A stretch of DNA of 52,272 nucleotides, from positions 244,924 to 297,195 of the forward strand of contig NC_069004.1 in the NCBI RefSeq assembly GCF_001194135.2, given 5' to 3'. Every line of letters starts with the position of its first letter. Positions within the stretch are counted from its first letter, which is position 1. The DNA is from Octopus bimaculoides. Lineage: Eukaryota. Positions 38,971 to 52,272 of the stretch are shown in pieces. A program made the position numbers and the translations under genes. The notes under the pieces were generated by a model that was given only the letters and a program-made list of their open reading frames with translations, was not told where the DNA came from and made no database searches.

Positions 38971-41469
38971 AAGACGCACACAAGAAGTAAGTAGTTAGTG
39001 GAGTGTGTTGGTGTAGGCTAGGACAGAGGAAGAACACTACTAGCTTGTGCAAAAACTCAAAAGCCATTATTTAAAAAATACAACATGAATATATAGCAGA
39101 CAAGTTATAGTGTTATTTCAGAGACATGTTCAATGCAAATACTAGGACAGNNNNNNNNNNNNNNNNNNNNNNNNNNNNNNNNNNNNNNNNNNNNNNNNNN
39201 NNNNNNNNNNNNNNNNNNNNNNNNNNNNNNNNNNNNNNNNNNNNNNNNNNNNNNNNNNNNNNNNNNNNNNNNNNNNNNNNNNNNNNNNNNNNNNNNNNTA
39301 TATATATATACCGGAGTGTCCGATGAACGGGAACGTGAAACTCAGAGTAACGGTTTTTTTTGTTATATTTCTGCTGCTTTTAAATAAAGTATATATATAT
39401 ATATATATATATTTGTAAAGCAGTAGAATTGAAGCAGTGGATAGTGAAAGAATTATAACATCAGCGTGTAGAAAAGTGATGAGAATAAATATAGTTATTT
39501 AGCACCAATCATCAAAAATGTTCTCTCTTCTGATTTTTATTTTTTTCCCAAACAGACTGTCTACATTTTCTATATTCTTGTTCTCTAGTCTCTGACCAGT
39601 AACAATTTTTAAGTCAGAGTTAGACAGGATTTGAAAAAGATTTAACAGGTACTTTTAATGGTTGAAGAGACCAGGTAGAAAGTACCCAGTAACATTACCA
39701 GGTAAAAAACATGACAGACATTGATGATGATGTTTAGCCCTATGCCAACCTGATCATGAAAACCTATGATCAAATGTGCTCCGGTTTGATCATTACTTGT
39801 TGTTCAAGGTATCCTTCTTACTTTAAGACACTAGGTATAGTTTAAAGGAGTTATTTTGAGCAGGTAGAGTTACCACAAAGCGGCCCCAATGGAGATGGTA
39901 ATGCTGATCTGAAATTAACGTTAATTAACATTGTAGGGTAGGTGTGAGAGGCTGGATCTGGCAGGCCAATTTAAATGCTAAAAGGTTAAAGTAATAATAC
40001 CGTTGCTTTTGCTCAGTAGTTTCTGCTTGTTGGACTCAAATCTTTGAACACGTCATCATCATCTTTGTCATCCATCCAATCCCAGGACAGTAAAACAGTG
40101 ACAAACACATAAAGGTGAGAGAGAGCACATGTGTGTAAACCTACAACACAAGCAAACCCGTCTTCTCTCTCACACACACACACACACACAAAATACTGAT
40201 ATTTACTTGTTTTCATTTGCTGATTGGAACAAGCTCATTTACATTGCAAAAGTCCCTGTGGAGGAAAATAAAAGACATTCTTCTATTTCCTATTACAATT
40301 ATATACATTTATGTATTGAATTTATGTTTACACTTTACATTTTTTTATAAGTATAATTCTAGGCTATTTTCTTTCAGCAGTCAAGAAGGCAGGTAAGCAA
40401 TCCCTGATGTGGAAACCTACTCAGTATGCTCTTCATCCCAATCTACTGAAAGTTCTGTGGTTCAAATCACAGGCTCTTATTTCACAACTAGACTAAATAT
40501 AAGTTCGTTAAACATATGGATATGGCTCCAGACACATATTTATTCACAACCCGCACTATACTGATAGTCTACATTATACAATTTAGGCCGTGAAATTAAA
40601 ATCACTATTACAACATCCGTTTATGCATGTTGGCATGGGCTGAACTATGTATACTATACACAGCCATTCCCAGACTATTACACAGCTATTATTAATATCC
40701 TAATTAGTATTTCTTCTATACGCCTTCCTAATCACTATGTTTTAATTGATATTACTCATGTATTTTTATCTTTTTTTAATTTTTTTTTTGGGGGGGGGGC
40801 TTCCTTTTTGTTCTTATTTTTTTCCCTCCAGTACTGTTGACACAAATCCAAAATGTCAACAAAACTGCTTCTCTTGTTTATTTCCCACCTCACACACATA
40901 CACCTATTTTCCACACTGCCATACTTCCTTTTCTAAGACATGAACATTCTTGAATTCCTCTCCACAGGAGAGTTTTCTGCAAAAGCACAGAGTACTGCAC
41001 CTCCTGACAAACTGAAGCTAGCATGGAACTTGAAGTAATGGCTACAATGTAATAACAGTCAACTCTTAAATACAGACATAGGTATAGGCCTGACTGAGTA
41101 GTAAGAAGTTTGCTTCCTGACCCCATGGTTTTGTTGTGGCTTACTGTCAATAAATAAATACTACAGGGCTCAGAGCAGAGGAGGTGCATGGCTTAGTGGT
41201 TAGGGTATTGGACTCATGATTGTAAGATTATAATTTCAATTCCTGGACCAGGCAATCAATGCATTATGTTCTTGGACATTCAAGTGGTAAGAATGAGTAA
41301 TCCTGAAATGGTCCAGCATCCTGTCCAGGGAGGAATATATACACCAGAGAAACTGGCCCTATGCAACTTATGGGGTAATGTTGACTAACCATAGGGTTCT
41401 GAGCATTAATTTGCCTAGGAACCTACAATGCTGCAAGTACAGCTCTGGTTACACCATACAAAAACATCT

Positions 41470-41760
41470 CCAAAAGGAGGTCATCTGACTTGCAAATTAT
41501 CCTTCCTCAAACACACTACAACTTATGGTATTCAGGTGTGCTGTTTCCACTCCCTACCTATTCTCGTGCTACTACAATGGCCTCTGCTCCACTGAAGTGG
41601 CTAGTTTCACACCGTCTTCACTCACACCTGTCTCTCTACCTGTTGTCACATCCCATATTAAACAATTTGCCCAATCTTTCTTCCCCCAGGACATCAAACC
41701 ACTGTAATTCCCATCCTGCCAATAAGCTGACCATAAATTGTATTAATCTAACCAATTTCG
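41470..41760 (+). mobile_element. CR1-like LINE C-terminal fragment
   Basis: Translates to FRCAVSTPYLFSCYYNGLCSTEVASF...QFAQSFFP.RTSNHCNSHP, resembling the RR.VA.L.LFY.YY.G.CS.EL...SFFPRT..LWNSLP end of CR1-group ORF2. Confidence 0.55.
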
Positions 41761-44700
41761 AAAAACCAAGTTTTGAACAAAAGTAATACAACCCAAAAAG
41801 TAAAACAAAAAACAAAAAGTTAAGTGATAGCCCACAGGTCTTCATGGGTTTTCAAAAGACAAATTATAATTTTTATCTAAATTTTTACATTTGATATAAC
41901 TCTCCTTTCAGCTTTCAAACTTCTACTGAAAAAAGGTATACATTAGATTTTTGGTAAAGAGTACCATGGAGACTCTTCTAGAAACAGCAGCCAAATCATA
42001 CCTTACAATAGTAGCTTGCAACTTAGGGTCTGTGAGCTGACTTCAACATTTGAATTTGTTGAGTAAACAGGACCTTTCAAAATGCATGAGATCTGTGGAA
42101 AATTCATTTCATCTAAATAAAAGGGGCACTTGGCAATGAAATGTTGGGAACCATTGTCTTACCAATCTTTGAAAGAGAGAGAAAAAAAAACGCAAACATT
42201 TGATAATATAGTCTGATTGTGGTCTGGTGGTGAACCCAGATGAGAAGTTTGAATACAACTGGAATGTGTTTGATTGGGGCTGACACCAGAGCAATCCCTA
42301 CCACCAATACAAGAGACAACAACAATAGAGCACTGATGATGGAAGCTAGCCAAAGTGTGATTCACTGACTTTACTACTTAAACATATTTAGAACACACTA
42401 AGCCACACATCACCCATTTCCACAAACACTGTCTCCTATTGTGGACCATTCAGCAGTAGCTAATCTCTGCCATTGACCAGCAGAACAAGGCTGTTGCCAT
42501 ATGACAAGCAATATGGTGATGGAATGCCAGATAAAAACAAAAACAAACAGAAACACACACACAAATAGCAGTCAGCACATATTCCACACATGTAGAGCAT
42601 TGATGCTTGACTACCACAATATTGTTCTTTTGTTGCTTTCAGTCATGTTGGAGCATTGTCCCAAAGATACTCAGCCAATCATATCAACACCAGTACTTGC
42701 TTCACATCTGCTACTTATGGATCTCTATTTCCACAGACCACTATTTCTTTAGAGACAGACACAAGGAAGTTTCCACTCAACATCAATCTGCCAGTTTCAC
42801 TCACAAGGCATTGGGTCAGCCCAAGGCTATAGTAGAAGATACTTGCCTAAGATGCCATGTAGTGAAACTGATCTTGAAACCATGTGGCTGCAATGCAAAC
42901 CTCTTAACAACAGAACCATGTCAGTTTCCCCCACCACTGTCACCACCATAAAGCCAAACTTGGAAAAAATCATTTCTTCAAGCAAGTTACAATTCTATAC
43001 TTGTGAAACAGAGAGGAAGAAAACAGGATGTTGTGAGGTTCATACTTTTGTAATGACTGTTGTTAAGAGAAGTGAGTTAATGTTGCTTCAGATGAAAATC
43101 AAAACAGCACAAAAACTGATACGGGTTGTGGGAATCATCACCATGGAGCAGATTTAAAAGTGAATGTCAGTGAGGGGTTGCCACTTTCTAATCAAGAACA
43201 CCATAATTGAGGATCAGCTGAATTGCGAATTACATTTTTTTTCTTTTTGTTATATACAGGCTTTTGTGTTTTTGTATATGCCTCAGTCATTGAAGACTTC
43301 TTTTTCTACAACAGCTGACCTAACTGCAAAGGTAACAGCTTTGGTAATAACTCTTGAGAAGAACAAGACAGAGGCTCTACAGAGTTGCTCAGCCAGCTGG
43401 AAAAAACAACACCAAATCTCTCTCAAATAAAACCCTAGCCTCTGCATGTCATCAACAGAGTGGTTTTTGTTTCTATTTTCAAACCTACAGCTAGCACAAG
43501 TTAGTGAAATCAAACAGTCCTAGACCAAGCTAAAACATATTTCAGAAGCTGGACCTGAACATTGTTGATTAAACATTTAAATGTGTGTGTTGGTGTCTTG
43601 CATGTGTGTCTTCATGTTTGCCCCCCCCCCACACCACCACCACCACCTGACAACTGGTGTTGGTTGTTTAGTGGTTTGGCAAAAGACACTGACAATACAT
43701 ACTAGACTTGACTTAAAAAAAAAAAAAAAGGACTGGGGTTGATTTGTTGGACTAAAACCCTTCAAAGCAGTGCCCCAGCATAGTCACAGTCCAATGGCCG
43801 AAACAAGTAAAAGATATACTTTATCATATCAAATAATCTAGAAGGGGGTCATATTTCTCATACAAGGTTTTACCACCAATTTTTACAGTGAAAATATAAA
43901 ATATTAATGTATTCACATTGAGTCCTTTAATGCACAAAGAAAAAAGAAAAAAAACTACAGCTGCCATGTCTGCTGCTTGACAGCAAGTTTAAACAAGACT
44001 TAATCAGATATAGTAATAAGGTCAGACTTTGTAGTTAAGTGTCCTCCATATATTAAGAGGAGACATCTGGAATGGAAAAAAGCTTGAAGCAAAAATTGAT
44101 TAAGAAAAAAAAAAGAATATTGAAAATTATTATTAATATCAGGCAGTGAAGTTGGCAAAGCATTGAGAACAGCCAATTTCATATTGGTTAAATAACAAGG
44201 CCTGAAATTGGTGCTGGAGCAGATTTCGACCCCGACATCCGAAACTCGGAGTTTTATTATAGCAACCGAATAATTGTCACATATTATATATATATATCTA
44301 TATATACACACACACACAGGTGTAGACGAATTAAACAAAGTCAATATACAATGAAACAGAACGGGTTTCAAAGCTGAACATGAGCAAGCCACAATTCAGC
44401 ATTAAATGAACACTCTAACACACACACACAGACAGGGAGAGTGATAACACATCCAATAATCAAGCCACTAAGCAATCACACAATCCACTAGAGACAGCAG
44501 TCAAATCTCTCTCTCAAATAATACCTCCTATCTTAAAAAATGTAGGACATGTTCACCAATGTAGTCCTAGATATACAACAAAAGGAAGTGATTGATAGGA
44601 AGGTTATATCCGTAATACCTGGAGTCATCAACCTAGTTGATCAGTGCTGACCTGGGGTTAAGCAACACCATACCACCAGTTTCAAGACTTTACTTTGTTT

Positions 44701-45094
44701 CAAAGATTCAAAACCCCTTTCCCCACTCAGACTGTGAACGTTTGGGGTATCCTATCTCACGCAACACCGCCACCATCACCATTAATCTGTTTCTGACTCC
44801 ATCACGAGCTTGTTAAACATTTGCCCTCTCCCCAAGCTAGAATTTCAGTGAAAAAATTTTGGCCAATCTTTTAGGGACTGTGTCTGTCTGTCTCTCCCCT
44901 TTCCTTGAATGAAAACAACTGCTAATGTGTGTAAGGGATATTGCCAAAGAGAGAGAGAAAAAAAAAGTGAAGTTTTTCTTTTACCTACACACCATCCATA
45001 TGACCTACTTTGACAATTACAACATTGCTTCTTTCTTTCTCCCTCCTATTTTCTTCATTTCACTTTATTCTTTTCTACCCTTATCCTGGGTTTT

Positions 45095-45390
45095 TAACAT
45101 TGGATAGCAGCTATGCTATGGTACGACATTCACACCCGCATTTTTAACCAATTTCAGTCATTGGACATTGGCCATACAGAAGCACCACATACCATCCCTT
45201 CATTTACAACTGATTCCAGTCATTGGACAGCGGTCATGCTGGAACACCACATTCACACATGCATTTCTAACCAATTCAGTCATTGGACAGCGGCCATGCT
45301 GGAGCACTGGTTTTCATACATGCATTTTTTTTTTTATTTCAGTCACTGGACAGCAGCTATGCTAGGACACCACCTTCACATATACAGTGT
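45095..45390 (+). repeat. Approximately 60-bp minisatellite (4 full units plus 1 partial) built on a SINE family C motif
   Basis: The core ttcagtcattggacagcggccatgctggagcacc starts at 45153, 45215, 45275 and 45338 (periods 62, 60 and 63). Confidence 0.8.
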
Positions 45391-47084
45391 CTATTTAATA
45401 ATTTCCCAAATTTGATTTACATTCAAATACCAAGAGCGATGATAGCTACTTTCAAATTTTTTGAATTTTATATCAAGAGAATCCTGTCTGTGGACATGGG
45501 GAATTGATGGCATTTTGAGAGAATCGCTCAGTTTTCCTTTTCTTTTAAAATGTGCTAACTTATCAATTTGAATATTTATTTATTTATTTATTTATTTAGT
45601 GGCACTGTTGCAATGTTGAAGACTCAGTCTTGAAGAATGTGCCGCATTCCTGTAAAAAATGCCCGCTGATTCCAATCATATTTTCATCTAACTGTAGTTA
45701 GGTGACGTGTGTGTTGTCACAGTAAATAGTATTACATATTTAAGATTTTGCACCATCAACTTTATGAACTATGTATGGATGTATATGTATATAAATCCAT
45801 CCATACATACACATGTGATGATGTCAGCAACTTGCTAGAAATTGCATTCAATATTCACTCAAATCGCAGCCTGCAGTTTTTTTTTTGTTTTTTTTTTAAC
45901 GAAAAAAGCAGAATGATTATGGCTGGAATGTCTTTCATAGGCCTACTCGATTATGGCTGACCTGACACTCAATAACAGATTACCTCTTGGTCAGACATTG
46001 CAAGTGAGAGGAGTCAACCAACGATCTCGATCGATAATGGATCATTTAAAAAGCATGTTATTCTCATCACACAAATACAGCAGAAATTTTGAGTCCGGAA
46101 AAAAGAGAAAAAAGTGATCACTTATTGAAAATTCCTTTTGTCGCACAGACACAATGGAGGGTCAGTGGAAGCGAGCGGGAAACTTTTCAGTTTACCAAAT
46201 TCCATTTCCAGCAGCTCATAGCTGAAGTCTGCCAGGACAAACAGTTGACATTCTTTCATACTGTTAAGGAGTCGATAAAAATGCCGAAATAAACAAATAA
46301 AATAAACGTGCAAGTAGCTGCGATCGATAAACATCATTACTAGCAACTGATCGACTACATCAACCCACCCACAATTACAACAAAAACATGGGACCAAAGA
46401 GCAAGACCTCTTCCTCTCCAGTCAACTTTCTAAAAAAGTGATCGCTTGGGCTGCAAAGAAATAGCAGCCAAATCTATGTAAAATCTCACCCTATCATGTT
46501 AGGAGGAGGAGCATATAATATAATGACTTTAGAGATATACATGACGGTCTGGATAAAAATTTAAAAGGACGGAATGGTCATGGCTAGAATGCTTTGAATA
46601 GGTATTTCTACTTGATCAGAACCTACTTCGGGTTAGACCACAACAAAATAAAGATAGTTCTTTGTAGCCTTAGTGAAAAAGAGTGTCTTATTATTCTTAG
46701 GTGTTATAGAGATATACAGCACTGGCTGGCAATGAACACAATATATGTACGGAGACACACACACAGAGAACATAATCCAAAATTGGATATGGATACAGGC
46801 GTGAAAGCTACCTGGTTTACAACAGGATAGGTGCTCATGTGTGTGTATAAATGTGCTAGCATGTAGTTTCTTTGTATTAGCCATCACGGTCAAGGTCATG
46901 CTGGAGTATCGACTTCAGAGAATATAGTGTATCTGTATAAACGTGTGTAAATTCGCAGAAGACAAACAAGATTTTATTCAGACCATTAAATCTATTCAAA
47001 AAAGATGGGATCTAGCTGAGCGTCACAAACACCTTGTTTGTTATCCCCCTCACCTGTCTGTCTTGTTTTTTGTATAATGCTGAA

Positions 47085-47126
<42 letters not shown>

Positions 47127-47190
47127 ACATACATACATACATACATACATAAATACACACACACACACACACACATATTATTCTTATTAA

Positions 47191-47335
47191 GACGGCGAGC
47201 TAGAGGAATCGTTAGCACGCTGGGCAAAATGGCAAGCGGAATTTCGTCCGTCTTTACGATGAGTTCTACCGAGGTCGATAAATCAAGACACAAGTAAAAC
47301 ACTGGAATCGATGCAATCAACTTCTCCTTCCCTTG
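47191..47335 (+). mobile_element. SINE family B copy retaining its CpGs
   Basis: ggcgagctagaggaatcgttagcacgctgggcaaaatggcaagcggaatttcgtccgtctttacg...ccgaggtcgataaa. Compare the TpG/CpA-decayed copy at 13872. Confidence 0.75.
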
Positions 47336-47627
47336 TGGCAAAATGTGAAACCATTTTTATTATACAAAACACAAAAACAAACAATAAACACACATATCAA
47401 TAACATGTATACAAATGTTTGTTTTTTAGTCGTGTTTTAATAAATACAATATTAAATTAAACTAAGTAACCGAAGGATTACTCAGAACTTTTCGTAAGGT
47501 CTTTCACAAGACTTAGCCCAGAGCTTTATCTAAAATCGTAAAGGGATGAATCGAATTACAGTCAGACACACAACTAGTGCTTAGTTTCTTACATTGGTAC
47601 ACGCCACAACAAGTATATATATATGTA

Positions 47628-47659
<32 letters not shown>

Positions 47660-47660
47660 C

Positions 47661-47700
<40 letters not shown>

Positions 47701-48653
47701 CATATATTATATAAATATAGAGAGAGAGATAGGCGCAGGAGTGACTGTGTGGTACCCAGACCTGGTCTGGGCGAGCGTTATCCTTGCTCGGAAAAGCGGA
47801 GGTGGTGCAGATGTTCATAGCATCGGTTATCACCTAATGTCTGACCATGGTGCCTTGCCTCGATTTGTGGCTGAACAAGTTGGAAAGAATCCTTTTCCGC
47901 TTTTTGTGGAAAGGAGGAAAGCCACTCATGAAGCGCTTTGCCTGCTGCCAGAAATCGATTTTATCGACCTCATTACGTAACTAGAACTTGTTTTATCGAC
48001 CCTGGAAGGATGAAACACAAAGGACAAACTCACATACTAGTGTGTGTATATATATGCATAATGTATCAGTGTGTGTGTGTGTATATATAAGCATAATGTA
48101 TCAGTGTGTGTGTGTGTGTGTAGCCACTTTATGGAGCCGATCCTGACCAGGGAACATAATTCTAAATACTTACCATAATGACAACAACGCTAATGTTGAT
48201 TTTTTCAAACTTACAAGTACAAAGGACCGGATATTTTGGAAGAAAAGGGTTCAGAAATCGAAAATTCTTTGTATTCTCTCTGAAACACGAAAACTCCCAA
48301 AGAATACAAAGTAGGTCAACATTATCAGGGTTAACCAGGGCTAACACAGCAACAGCAAGAAGAGAGGCAAANNNNNNNNNNNNNNNNNNNNNNNNNNNNN
48401 NNNNNNNNNNNNNNNNNNNNNNNNNNNNNNNNNNNNNNNNNNNNNNNNNNNNNNNNNNNNNNNNNNNNNNNNNNNNNNNNNNNNNNNNNNNNNNNNNNNN
48501 NNNNNNNNNNNNNNNNNNNNNNNNNNNNNNNNNNNNNNNNNNNNNNNNNNNNNNNNNNNNNNNNNNNNNNNNNNNNNNNNNNNNNNNNNNNNNNNNNNNN
48601 NNNNNNNNNNNNNNNNNNNNNNNNNNNNNNNNNNNNNNNNNNNNNNNNNNNNN

Positions 48654-48691
<38 letters not shown>

Positions 48692-50743
48692 CACACACAC
48701 AAATATTTATATACTGAGGGTGATAAATTGAATATTAATTTAATTAACATCAATTTAAAACCAGTGGTCTAGCATATAGAAAAAATCTGAAAATTCAGAA
48801 AAATTGTATTACATGCATATAAGGGATGACCACTGGAGAAAATTATTTTTCTTTGTGGTTGGGTCGTTGATGACCTCTTTCTAGCATATAGGATGTCCAC
48901 TTTGTGGCCATCCCTTCTTATACGCATATATATATATATAATATATATACACGCGCGCGCGCGCGTCTACAATATATAATGGTCGAAACAGAACGAACCG
49001 TTGTCGAATACGAAGTACTAAATACTGGTGGGTAAATTGAGAAGAGCTCCATCACAAACCGATATTTACGGATGACCATGTCGTTTCTTTAATACTGTTC
49101 AGAAATGTTGAATTCATAACACTCCCAACAGGTTTCTCTCTCTCTCTCTTTACATTTATATATATACATATAGGAANNNNNNNNNNNNNNNNNNNNNNNN
49201 NNNNNNNNNNNNNNNNNNNNNNNNNNNNNNNNNNNNNNNNNNNNNNNNNNNNNNNNNNNNNNNNNNNNNNNNNNNNNNNNNNNNNNNNNNNNNNNNNNNN
49301 NNNNNNNNNNNNNNNNNNNNNNNNNNNNNNNNNNNNNNNNNNNNNNNNNNNNNNNNNNNNNNNNNNNNNNNNNNNNNNNNNNNNNNNNNNNNNNNNNNNN
49401 NNNNNNNNNNNNNNNNNNNNNNNNNNNNNNNNNNNNNNNNNNNNNNNNNNNNNNNNNNNNNNNNNNNNNNNNNNNNNNNNNNNNNNNNNNNNNNNNNNNN
49501 NNNNNNNNNNNNNNNNNNNNNNNNNNNNNNNNNNNNNNNNNNNNNNNNNNNNNNNNNNNNNNNNNNNNNNNNNNNNNNNNNNNNNNNNNNNNNNNNNNGG
49601 GGGGGGACGAAATGAGGTGTTTTTACTGCATTTTTGACTTTAAGAACAAAAATATTTTTTTACAAATGTTTATTACAAGTAAATGGCCTTCCCTAAATGC
49701 ACAAAAACAATTTCATCAATATTTCAGATAATTATTGTCATTCTCTTTGAGCATATAAAAGACAAAATTTGGTTGAGGTAGAAATGAGTAACCCAAGATA
49801 AGTTCAATTTGCTGCTTTAATTCCCCAGAAAACAGACTGCTACGCATCCCTACACAGCAGAAAGATCAGAAATGTCAAAAATATTTTTTAACTTTCCAGG
49901 TCAAATGAAAGAGGATCAGGCAAAACTGGCACATAATATGAAATGAATGAAACTTGTCTAGCTTCTACACGATCTGTTGGAGTGTCCTCTTCATGATATA
50001 TTTACTCACCATGCAGTTTAAGAGAAGAAATTACTGAAACTAGACATTACTCATTTTACCCCCATTCTAGACATCCTTTTTTGAAACTTGAAAATGACTG
50101 AATTAGACATAATGTGGGGGAAAAAAACTGACTTGGAATCCAACAGGGAAAAGAATACTGATTGTCAAACACCAAAAATTATCCAGATATTTTATTAGTA
50201 ACCTGAATTACAATCAGATGAAAGTTGAGGACAAAATTTTCTTGAAAAGAGAAAGGAACCTGCCACCTGACTATGTTTCGGATTGTCTCAACTTCAGCAA
50301 AAAAACTATGCTGACCAATTTTTACTCCTAAAGATGATGCACAGTACAAAATAACAATGTGATACTTGCAGATGTATAATTTCAAACAAGTAGGGAGAAA
50401 ATAAGAGAAATCAGAAATTACTCATTTTGCCCCACCCCTCCTCACCAATATATAAAATGCAAAACTCGTCCGAACCTTTTAAAAAATATTATTTATTCAT
50501 AAATTTTCTGCAATATATTCTTAAAAACTATACTTTTCAAAACATATCTCCAGAAAATTCCATTAAAAAATATGCACATTTAGGAAAGTTATATAGAAAA
50601 ACAAACACAAAGAGGAAAGCAATCTACAGTTATATGACACACACTCATAATAAATATAATTGTGAATGAAGTTGCTTGGGTAGAGAGGATGAAATGCTAA
50701 AAATACAATGCAGGTAGAGACCTTAAAGAGTGACTGACCTTTT

Positions 50744-50778
<35 letters not shown>

Positions 50779-51102
50779 TTATATTCATGGTAATGTGGAA
50801 TGCATAGATGTATGTAAACACTTAAAAATATATTTATGCGACTGTAGAGTGTATAAACATATATGCCTTGTGAAATGTATAAATATATGTGCACACACAC
50901 ATAATGTAAATATAAGACTTAATAGAAACTTTCAAGTCTTAGAGAAACACTTTAGCTATATTGTATCTTAGAGCTACACATTAAACGTATATGTTGCACA
51001 TGTGACTGAATACAATACAAATACATAATAAATATTCACACACACACACCCATATATTTTACTTGTTTCAGTCATTAGACTACAGTCATGCTGGGACACT
51101 AC

Positions 51103-51420
51103 CTTCTTTCAGTTTCTGTCAACCAAATTTACAAGGCTATAGTTGAAGTTATCTGCCCATAGGGCCATGCATTGGGACAGAACCCAGAGGAATGTGGTTA
51201 GAAAGCAAACTTTGTACCACACAGCCACACCTGCGCATATAACATAGATAGATAGATAGATACAGACATACCGGCACACGTGTGTGTGTTAAGAAGTTTG
51301 CTTCCCAACCACATGGTTTCAAGTCCAGCTCCACTGCATGACAACCCGGGCAAGTGTCTATTATAGCCCCAGGCCGACCAAAGCCATGTGAGTGGAGCTG
51401 GTAAAATGAAACTGAGAAAC
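51103..51420. mobile_element. Head-to-head pair of family A SINEs (about 51103-51238 on -, about 51281-51420 on +)
   Basis: Both arms carry the family A motif in opposite orientation, separated by about 45 nt including (GATA)n. Confidence 0.7.
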
Positions 51421-51978
51421 ACTCACTGTGTGTTTTACTATCTCCTTGACCTCACGTGATAGTTGTAAACGAATGTCACCATTATTCAAGAGTTGTCCTC
51501 TGCTTCCAGGCTTCCATGGAAACAGGTGAGTTTTTGTGATAGGAAATGCACCTGACTATAAAAAAATGCATTTCAACAGATTCCATCCAACCCAATCAAG
51601 CATGGAAAAGTAGACGTTAAAAAGAATGATTGTGACAATGATATACATGGAAAAGCTTAACCATTACTCATAATCAAGTATGACCCAGCAGTTTGTTTGC
51701 ACCATGCTTTAGCTAATTGTTTTAGGTACCTTCTCAGTTGCAAAGAGACCTAGACACGCTCTCAACCATCTCAGCATTGATGCAGCAGAACATTGACAGT
51801 GTGACAACTGGAGGAGAGAGGGGCCTGAACCAACACTCAACTTGTACTCATTTTGGGCTGAGTAAACTGAAGCAATGTGAAATACTGTGCCAGCTCAAAG
51901 ACACAAGGTGCCTTCCAATCCAGGAACCAAACTCATGACCTTAACTGTGAGCCCATAAGTATGTATGAATATATTTAC

Positions 51979-52032
<54 letters not shown>

Positions 52033-52034
52033 CT

Positions 52035-52272
52035 ATATCATCATCATCATCATCGTTTAACGTCCGCTTTCCATGCTAGCATGGGTTGGACGATTTGATT
52101 GAGGACTGGTGAAACCGGATGGCAACACCAGGCTCCAGTCTAATTTGGCAGAGTTTCTACAGCTGGATGCCCTTCCTAACACCAACCACTCAGAGAGTGT
52201 AGTGAGTGCTTTTACGTGTCACCCGCATGAAAACGGCCACGCTCGAAATGGTGTCTTTTATGTGCCACCCGC
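52035..52272 (-). mobile_element. Retroposon 3' end with (GAT)n tail, little CpG decay
   Basis: catcatcatcatcgtttaacgtccgctttccatgctagcatgggttggacg...ggatgcccttcctaacaccaaccactcagagagtgtagtg is homologous to 3735-3955. Confidence 0.75.

Larger units (their letters stand above)
44200..49100 (-). promoter_or_regulatory. CpG-retaining island; candidate Siah promoter / untranslated first exon(s)
   Basis: Hand count gives 14 CpG in 46021-46450 versus 1 in 42001-42480. Candidate minus-strand donors are ATG|GTAAGT (exon end 48174) and GAG|GTAATC (exon end 45984). The link to Siah is inference. Confidence 0.35.

Noticed and set aside
45095-45390. CRISPR-like repeat-spacer array
   Set aside because: The linkers are homologous to one another, the repeat derives from a host SINE, there are no cas genes, and the DNA is animal. 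It is a minisatellite.

Overview
This is AT-rich, microsatellite-dense animal genomic DNA with six assembly gaps. The SINE/LINE repertoire suggests an octopod cephalopod (inference). The only host gene I can support is a Siah/seven-in-absentia E3 ubiquitin ligase on the minus strand. I traced five coding exons by hand (11644-11695, 9010-9168, 5165-5297, 3410-3516, 347-539). They have canonical AG/GT sites and join in frame to give 214 codons plus 2 nt: MSRQPS..., RING, two zinc fingers and most of the substrate-binding domain. The last coding exon lies beyond base 1. The ATG exon begins at an acceptor (11717), so at least one untranslated exon lies upstream. A switch from CpG-depleted to CpG-retaining sequence at about 44-49 kb suggests the promoter is there, which would make roughly 12-44 kb a long 5' intron. 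The rest is decayed mobile DNA: RTE, R4/Dong, HERO-like and CR1-like LINE fragments, a mariner remnant, MITEs, several SINE families and simple repeats. The most unusual items are an RTE/28S rRNA/inverted-RTE chimera (25.76-26.08 kb), a full-length 5S copy directly ahead of a tRNA-headed SINE (7.49-7.91 kb), and an inverted RTE pair flanking the two zinc-finger exons, whose lengths sum to a frame-preserving 240 nt. I found no CRISPR array, intact transposon ORF or genuine tRNA gene. Repeat boundaries are approximate and family assignments rest on recognised motifs, not database searches.
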